From an uncultured Desulfospira sp. (GTDB taxonomy: Bacteria > Desulfobacterota > Desulfobacteria > Desulfobacterales > Desulfobacteraceae): a stretch of DNA of 64,000 nt. Positions within the stretch are counted from its first letter, which is position 1, and each line of letters begins with the position of its first letter. The stretch covers positions 5,472,001 through 5,536,000 of the forward strand of contig OY760175.1 of NCBI GenBank assembly GCA_963663165.1, given 5' to 3'. Under the pieces are notes generated by a model. That model was not told the origin of the DNA. It did not search any database and was given only the letters and a program-made list of their open reading frames with translations. The position numbers and the translations under genes were made by a program. Positions 58,447 through 64,000 of this stretch are shown here, one piece after another.

Positions 58447-59757
58447 ATGATCAAATCAATCATTAAGCTTTTTGTTTTTTTGGTTTTTGTTCTGGTGGTG
58501 GTCTGCCCGATTGCGCTTTTGGTCACCGCCATTGAAAAGACGCCTGCGGTAGGGGAAAGCCCTGAATTGTCATTCGACAATGTCAAACGGGTGGAGCAGC
58601 TTATCCGCCAGTACAAACCCAGGTATATGCGGTTTAAGCAGGTCCGGCGGATCAGTGTCCTTGAAGATGACTTAAATCTGATGGTCAATTACGGGGTCTC
58701 TCAGCTCACCAGCAGGAATTTTATTTATCCTCAGATCTTTTTGTCCGACCCCATGGTCTATGTCCGTGCCACCGTAAAGATTCCCCCAACCCCTTTAGGG
58801 GAATATGTTAACCCGGAACTGGCGCTGAAGTTTACCCATGACAGACCCGATATCGCTTACCTGGGCCTGGGAAAAGTTAACATCCCCGGCTGGATTATCA
58901 AGCCCCTGGCCTCATTTTTAGGGACCCGTTTTTTGAGCCCGGAAATTTATGACCAGCTCATCAAAAATCTGGATGCCATACGCTCTGTTTCAATCCGGCA
59001 AAAGCGCTTGAGTCTGATCTACGAGTGGGACCCGGAATCTTTGGCCAAACTTCATGAAAGCGGCAAGACCCTTCTGGTCTCACCGGAACACCAGGCCGGG
59101 CTGATCCTGTACACTAACGAACTGAGCAGCATTGCCGCCATCGTAAAGGAACATCAGGTTAAGCCCATTTCCCTTTCCCGGGTGATCCGGTCCCTGTTTC
59201 AGCTGGCTGCCGACCAAAGCCGGATTTCAGCGGACCCGGTCATGGAAAACCGGGCACTGCTCCAGGCCCTGACCATTTATTGCCTGGGTGAATCCCTTGA
59301 GCATCTGGTCAATGAAGACCGGCTCAAAGAGGTTAAGCCCCGTGTGGACATGACCTTGAGCCTTAACGGCAGAGATGACCTGGCCAAACATTTTCTGGTT
59401 TCCGCAGGCCTGGCGGTTTCAGCCGGCAGCAAGCTCAGCCAGTTTGTGGGACTTGCCAAGGAGGTGGATGATTCAGCCGGGGGAAGCGGATTCAGCTTTG
59501 CTGACCTGGCCGCAGACAGGGCCGGGGTGAGGCTGGGAGAACTGGCCGTTGATTCCCCGGAACAGGCATCCCGGATCCAGCAGAAAATGGCTGCCGTAAA
59601 AAAGGAAAGCGAATTCATGCCTAAAATCGACCACCTGCCCGAAGGCATCATGGAATTGCAGTTCAAAAAACAGTATACCGATCTGGACTCTGCCGCCTAT
59701 CTCCTGATTGAGGATGAAATCAGCCGCCGTATTGAAAACTGCACGGCTTACCAGTGA
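58447..59757 (+). CDS. Hypothetical membrane-anchored protein
   Basis: N-terminal TM segment; C-terminal DLAKHFLVSA...KEVDD...GSGFSFADLAAD.AG motif. Confidence 0.8.
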   Translation: MIKSIIKLFVFLVFVLVVVCPIALLVTAIEKTPAVGESPELSFDNVKRVEQLIRQYKPRYMRFKQVRRISVLEDDLNLMVNYGVSQLTSRNFIYPQIFLSDPMVYVRATVKIPPTPLGEYVNPELALKFTHDRPDIAYLGLGKVNIPGWIIKPLASFLGTRFLSPEIYDQLIKNLDAIRSVSIRQKRLSLIYEWDPESLAKLHESGKTLLVSPEHQAGLILYTNELSSIAAIVKEHQVKPISLSRVIRSLFQLAADQSRISADPVMENRALLQALTIYCLGESLEHLVNEDRLKEVKPRVDMTLSLNGRDDLAKHFLVSAGLAVSAGSKLSQFVGLAKEVDDSAGGSGFSFADLAADRAGVRLGELAVDSPEQASRIQQKMAAVKKESEFMPKIDHLPEGIMELQFKKQYTDLDSAAYLLIEDEISRRIENCTAYQ

Positions 59758-59784
59758 TAAGAAGGAATCCGGGAACCGGAGGCG

Positions 59785-59905
59785 GGAGACCGGATGCGTT
59801 CCTCTAAGGGAACCCCGCATCCGGCGTCTATCGTTACATTTTGGGTCAATGCAAGGGAGGAGCGGGCCATGCCCGCGATCGAATCGCGGGCATGGCCCGC
59901 TACCC
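59785..59905. repeat. ~120-bp repeat containing the REP palindrome, inverted relative to 58188-58311
   Basis: GGAGACCGGATGCG..CTATCGTTACATTTTGGGTCAATGCAAGG..GAGCGGGCCATGCCCGCGATCGAATCGCGGGCATGGCCCGCT. Confidence 0.88.
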
Positions 59906-59926
59906 TAATGAATCACAGGAGGGCTT

Positions 59927-62900
59927 ATGTGTGTGCGGTTTTTGTCCCGGGGTCTGGCCGCCCCCTTATGGGTGAAGACGGCCCTGCCCATCGTTGTTTC
60001 CATCTTACTTTTTTCAATCGCCATTTTCGGCGTACACCTGCCCAATGTTTACAATACCCCGCTTGAAGAGAGGAAACACGCCCTTAAAAACATGACCCAG
60101 ATTGTCCTGGACATGGTTCAGCACTACCATTCTTTAGCATCCAAAGGCGGCATGACACAGGAAAAAGCCCGGGCGCTGGCCCTGGATGCCATTTCTTCCC
60201 TTCGTTATGGAGCACATAAAAAGGATTATTTCTGGGTGAATGATTTATATCCCCGAATGGTGATGCATTCGGCCATACCGGCATTGAACGGCCAGGATTT
60301 GAGCAGTTATCATGACCCTGACGGCAAGCAGATGTTCAAAGAAATGCTCCTGAAAAGCGAAAAGACCGGGGAGGCCTTTGTTTCTTACCGCTGGCAGTTA
60401 GAAGGCCCGGGCAGCCCCATTGTCCCCAAGATTTCCTATGTTAAGCGCTTTGAACCATGGGGCTGGATGATCGGCACCGGGGTCTATCTTCAAGATATTA
60501 AGGCTGCGGCACAAAAGGAGGCCAGGGACTTTTTACTGATCAGCATGGCGGTCCTCCTGGTGGCGGGGTTTCTCACCTTTGTCTCCATCCGGCAGGGGAT
60601 TCTGGCGTCCCGGGATATTCGCCGCCGGGACGCCACACTTCAAGGCATTTTTGATCAGTCCCGGGAGCTTATGGGGGTTCTCGAGCTGGACGGCCGGGTG
60701 AGCCGGATCAACCGAACGGCCATGGAATTCGCGGGTATCTCCTCGGAGGATGTCGTGGGGAGGCCCTTCTGGGATACGGTCTGGTGGCAGGGGCAACCCG
60801 AAGCCCAGGAAGCGGTTCGCAAAGCTGTGGACAGGGCGCGAAACGGGAAGCCCACCGTGTTCGACGCAAGGCATGTTTCCCGGGAGGGCAGGCCGCTTGA
60901 TGTTGAAGTTGCCATCCAGCCCATCCTGGATGAAAAGGGCGCTCCCATGTTTCTTCTGGCCGACGGTATGGACGTTACCCAACGCAAAGAGTCCGAACAG
61001 CGGCTGACCCGGGAAAAGGCAAGGCTGAACGGTATTTTCAAGACGTCCCCTGTGGGGATCGGTATCGTGAAAGACGGGGTGTTAACCCATACCAACGATG
61101 AATTTGAAAAAATTATCGGCTACACCGGAGAGGAGCTTTCAGGCAAGAGCCCCCGGGACCTTTATCACAGTGACGAAATCTTCAATGCGGTGGGCAAAGA
61201 ATATCTTATGCAGGTTAAAGAAAAGGGGAAAGCATCCATTGAGACGGTTTTCCAGGATAAGGACGGGGTCAACAAAGACATCCTTTTTAACGCTGCCCCG
61301 CTGGTTCCGGAAGATTTTTCCCAGGGCTTTTCCTTTACCATCATGGATATTACGGAACGCAAACAATACCAGCAGTCCCTGGAAGAGCTGGTGGAAGAAC
61401 GGACCAAGCAGCTCAAGACCGCCATGAAGGAAGCCGAGGCGGCCAACAAAGCCAAGAGCGGTTTTCTGGCCAACATGAGCCATGAAATCCGGACGCCCAT
61501 GAACGCCGTTCTCGGCATGACCCATCTGGTTCTCAAAACCGACCTCAACGCCAAACAGGCGGATTATATATACAAGATCGACAGTTCAGCCAAAGCCCTT
61601 TTGGGGCTGATCAATGATATTTTAGATTTTTCCAAAATCGAAGCCGGACAGCTGGATATTGAAAATATTAATTTCACAATGGGCCAGGTCTTTGACAACC
61701 TCTCGGTTGTGATTTACCAGAAAGCCCAGGAAAAAGAGCTGGAATTCATCATCGACCAGGATATGGATATCCCCGAAGAACTGGTGGGCGACCCCTTCCG
61801 GTTAGGTCAGATCCTGTTGAATTTTGCAAGCAATGCCGTCAAGTTTACCGACCAGGGGGAAATTATTGTCAAATCAACCATACTGGAGCGGTCTGACAAT
61901 GATCTGCTGGTCAAGTTCAGTGTCAAGGACTCGGGGATCGGCCTGACCAAAGAGCAGCGTGACAAGCTTTTCGCGCCCTTTACCCAGGCCGACACATCCA
62001 CAACCCGAAAGTACGGGGGCACGGGGCTTGGGCTGTCCATCTGCAAAAGGCTTGTGGAGCTTATGGGCGGTGAGATCGGCCTGGAAAGCGAGTATGGGCA
62101 GGGAAGTACCTTCTGGTTTACCTGCCGTTTCAAGATTCCGGAGGCCAGCATCACCACACCAAGGCAGGATTATGGCGTTCTGGCAGGGGACCTGAAAGGG
62201 CAGCCCGTGCTGGTGGTAGACGACAGTGAATCCTCCCAGCTTATTTTAAAATCATTGCTGGAAACCCTTGAAATGAAGCCTGTAACCGCAAGTTCCGGAG
62301 CCCGGGCCTTGAGCATTCTTGAGAATACCCCTGATGACGAGCTGTTTTCTCTGGTCCTCATGGACTACAAAATGCCGGGGATGAGCGGGGCGGATGCAAC
62401 CCGGAAAATCAAGGACGATCCAAGGCTCAAGGACACTGTCTCAGTGATCATTGTTTCGGCCTTTGGCCGGGAGGATGTGATGAAGCATTCCATAGAAGCC
62501 GGCGCTGATGCCTTTCTGGTAAAGCCGGTCAATATCTCCACGCTTCTGGATACGATTCTTGATGTCAGGGGGGTCAAACCGGGCACGCTCCCCAAAAGAG
62601 AAGTGGTGGAGGATGAATCAGTGGCGGGTATCGAGGCATTGAAGGGGCGGCGGGTGCTGCTGGCAGAAGACAACGAAATAAACCAGCAGATCGCTGTGGA
62701 ACTGCTGGAAGGTGTCGGGCTGGTGGTGGATGTGGCGGATAACGGCCTTCAGGCGGTGGCGGCGCTGTCCCATGGCAAGGACAAGGATTACGATCTGGTT
62801 CTCATGGATATCCAGATGCCGGAAATGGACGGGCTCACCGCAGCAAAGGCCATCCGGGACCAGGGCATATCAAGCCTGCCCATTGTGGCCATGACGGCCC

Positions 62901-63061
62901 ACGCCATGAGCAGTGACCGGGACAAAAGCCTGGATGCCGGCATGAATGACCATATTACAAAGCCCATTGACCCGGCCCAGCTGGACAGGACCCTGGTCAA
63001 ATGGATCAAGCCCGGCCGGTGCCATGTCCCTGATGACCGGGGGATGCCGGCAAAGCCATAA
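59927..63061 (+). CDS. Cache-PAS-PAS hybrid histidine kinase with two receiver domains
   Basis: DYFW..D...MVMH Cache; FLANMSHEIRTPMN; TRKYGGTGLGL; two REC domains. Confidence 0.95.
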   Translation: MCVRFLSRGLAAPLWVKTALPIVVSILLFSIAIFGVHLPNVYNTPLEERKHALKNMTQIVLDMVQHYHSLASKGGMTQEKARALALDAISSLRYGAHKKDYFWVNDLYPRMVMHSAIPALNGQDLSSYHDPDGKQMFKEMLLKSEKTGEAFVSYRWQLEGPGSPIVPKISYVKRFEPWGWMIGTGVYLQDIKAAAQKEARDFLLISMAVLLVAGFLTFVSIRQGILASRDIRRRDATLQGIFDQSRELMGVLELDGRVSRINRTAMEFAGISSEDVVGRPFWDTVWWQGQPEAQEAVRKAVDRARNGKPTVFDARHVSREGRPLDVEVAIQPILDEKGAPMFLLADGMDVTQRKESEQRLTREKARLNGIFKTSPVGIGIVKDGVLTHTNDEFEKIIGYTGEELSGKSPRDLYHSDEIFNAVGKEYLMQVKEKGKASIETVFQDKDGVNKDILFNAAPLVPEDFSQGFSFTIMDITERKQYQQSLEELVEERTKQLKTAMKEAEAANKAKSGFLANMSHEIRTPMNAVLGMTHLVLKTDLNAKQADYIYKIDSSAKALLGLINDILDFSKIEAGQLDIENINFTMGQVFDNLSVVIYQKAQEKELEFIIDQDMDIPEELVGDPFRLGQILLNFASNAVKFTDQGEIIVKSTILERSDNDLLVKFSVKDSGIGLTKEQRDKLFAPFTQADTSTTRKYGGTGLGLSICKRLVELMGGEIGLESEYGQGSTFWFTCRFKIPEASITTPRQDYGVLAGDLKGQPVLVVDDSESSQLILKSLLETLEMKPVTASSGARALSILENTPDDELFSLVLMDYKMPGMSGADATRKIKDDPRLKDTVSVIIVSAFGREDVMKHSIEAGADAFLVKPVNISTLLDTILDVRGVKPGTLPKREVVEDESVAGIEALKGRRVLLAEDNEINQQIAVELLEGVGLVVDVADNGLQAVAALSHGKDKDYDLVLMDIQMPEMDGLTAAKAIRDQGISSLPIVAMTAHAMSSDRDKSLDAGMNDHITKPIDPAQLDRTLVKWIKPGRCHVPDDRGMPAKP

Positions 63062-63307
63062 AACAGGTTAAAACGCGCCCGGCGGCTGATGAGTGCCCAT
63101 ATGGTCCGCTGGCGAGGAACATCCGGCCACAGGCCGGTGACACAATATGTGAAGGATGTAGAAGGGTGTGCACTTATCAAAGGGGTATCGTGCGGCCTTT
63201 GTAAAACAAGTCTTTTTCAGGTCCGATCCGGGCTGTATGAAAAATTATCAAATCGAAAATTTTCCTGACACCGATCCCTGATCTTCTGTTGGGTGAGCGT
63301 GTATTTA

Positions 63308-63373
63308 AATCAAATTATTTTAATGTGTTGTGCATTTTTTGGGGGTGCTGTCGCAACGGCATACAAGTTGCTT
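63308..63373 (+). promoter_or_regulatory. Sigma54 (-24/-12) promoter with upstream IHF-like site
   Basis: cGGCATacaagTTGCt (GG-N10-GC at 63358-63371); AATCAAattaTTt at 63308. Confidence 0.6.
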
Positions 63374-63583
63374 CGATTCCATCATCCCGAATCTTTGCAG
63401 CCTGAAGATGGCGGGGGTATCCGGCAATCTAACAACGGAGGAGACACACCCCAAAGAAAGTGAACACCCAAGAGCATAAACAAATCCGACAACGCCATAC
63501 CCTGAAAGGCAGAAACCGGGCCGATACGATATTTATTCGTGGCCGGTCCACAACGATTGAACATGTTTTGAGGAGAATTAAAC

Positions 63584-64000
63584 ATGATCCAAAAAATAAA
63601 AGTGATGGTGGTTGACGATGAAGATCGATTTCGAAAAACCACATCAATGCTCTTAACCAAAAAAGGATTTGACACTACCATTGCGGGGTCCGGGGAGGAG
63701 GCCATCCAAATCCTTGGGACAACACCCCATGACGTGGTCGTACTGGATGTCCAGATGGGGGGCATGGATGGACAGACGGCCCTTTCGGAAATCAAGAGGA
63801 TTTCCCCCCAAACCCAGGTCATCATGCTCACCGGGTACGGGTCCCCGGATTCGGCCGAAAGCTCCCGAAAGCTGGCCGCGTTTGATTATCTGACCAAGCC
63901 CTGCGACATTGACATCATTGCTGCAAAAATCAATGAGGCTTATGCGGTCGTGCATACCGATGCGGCCCGGACGGAAAAAAAGGTCAAGGATATCATGACC
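63584..64000 (+). CDS. Response regulator (receiver domain, probably followed by a CBS domain); truncated by the window edge and absent from the ORF track
   Basis: AGGAG RBS; MIQKIKVMVVDDE...LDVQM...LTGYG...KP...KVKDIMT, open to the window end. Confidence 0.9.
   Translation, partial: MIQKIKVMVVDDEDRFRKTTSMLLTKKGFDTTIAGSGEEAIQILGTTPHDVVVLDVQMGGMDGQTALSEIKRISPQTQVIMLTGYGSPDSAESSRKLAAFDYLTKPCDIDIIAAKINEAYAVVHTDAARTEKKVKDIMT

Noticed and set aside
63080..63135. Hammerhead ribozyme (CTGATGAG core)
   Set aside because: No correctly placed GAAA or supporting stems

Overview
Bacterial chromosomal window. Gene content (alternative-heme ahbB, PEP-CTERM, many PAS/HD-GYP signalling proteins) suggests a Desulfobacteraceae-like deltaproteobacterium; this is inference. 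Positions 1-11.3 kb hold a minus-strand type III-D-like CRISPR-Cas operon: cas6, a CARF+PD-(D/E)xK effector, a compact HD-less GGDD Cas10, cas7, a cas5(csx10)-cas11-like fusion, cas7x2, csx19, cas7-insertion, csx20 and cas2. It is followed by a VapBC-type toxin-antitoxin pair and a second, headless cas2 fragment. No CRISPR array or cas1 is visible in the window. Most of the remainder is housekeeping and signalling (liv transporter, glgP, ansB, trpBA, mtnA, tkt, hybrid kinases). Two mobile elements interrupt it. One is a precisely bounded 4.1-kb five-gene element (32674-36791): a zinc-finger ORF, an HTH ORF and three tyrosine recombinases, with TTATGT inverted ends, a 6-bp CTCCAA direct repeat and a predicted dif-like circle junction. 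The other is an IS1380 inserted into a heptamer repeat. Intergenic DNA carries many heptamer tandem-repeat hairpins, REP-like palindromes and MITE-like containers. All calls come from reading the sequence and motifs; no searches were run.
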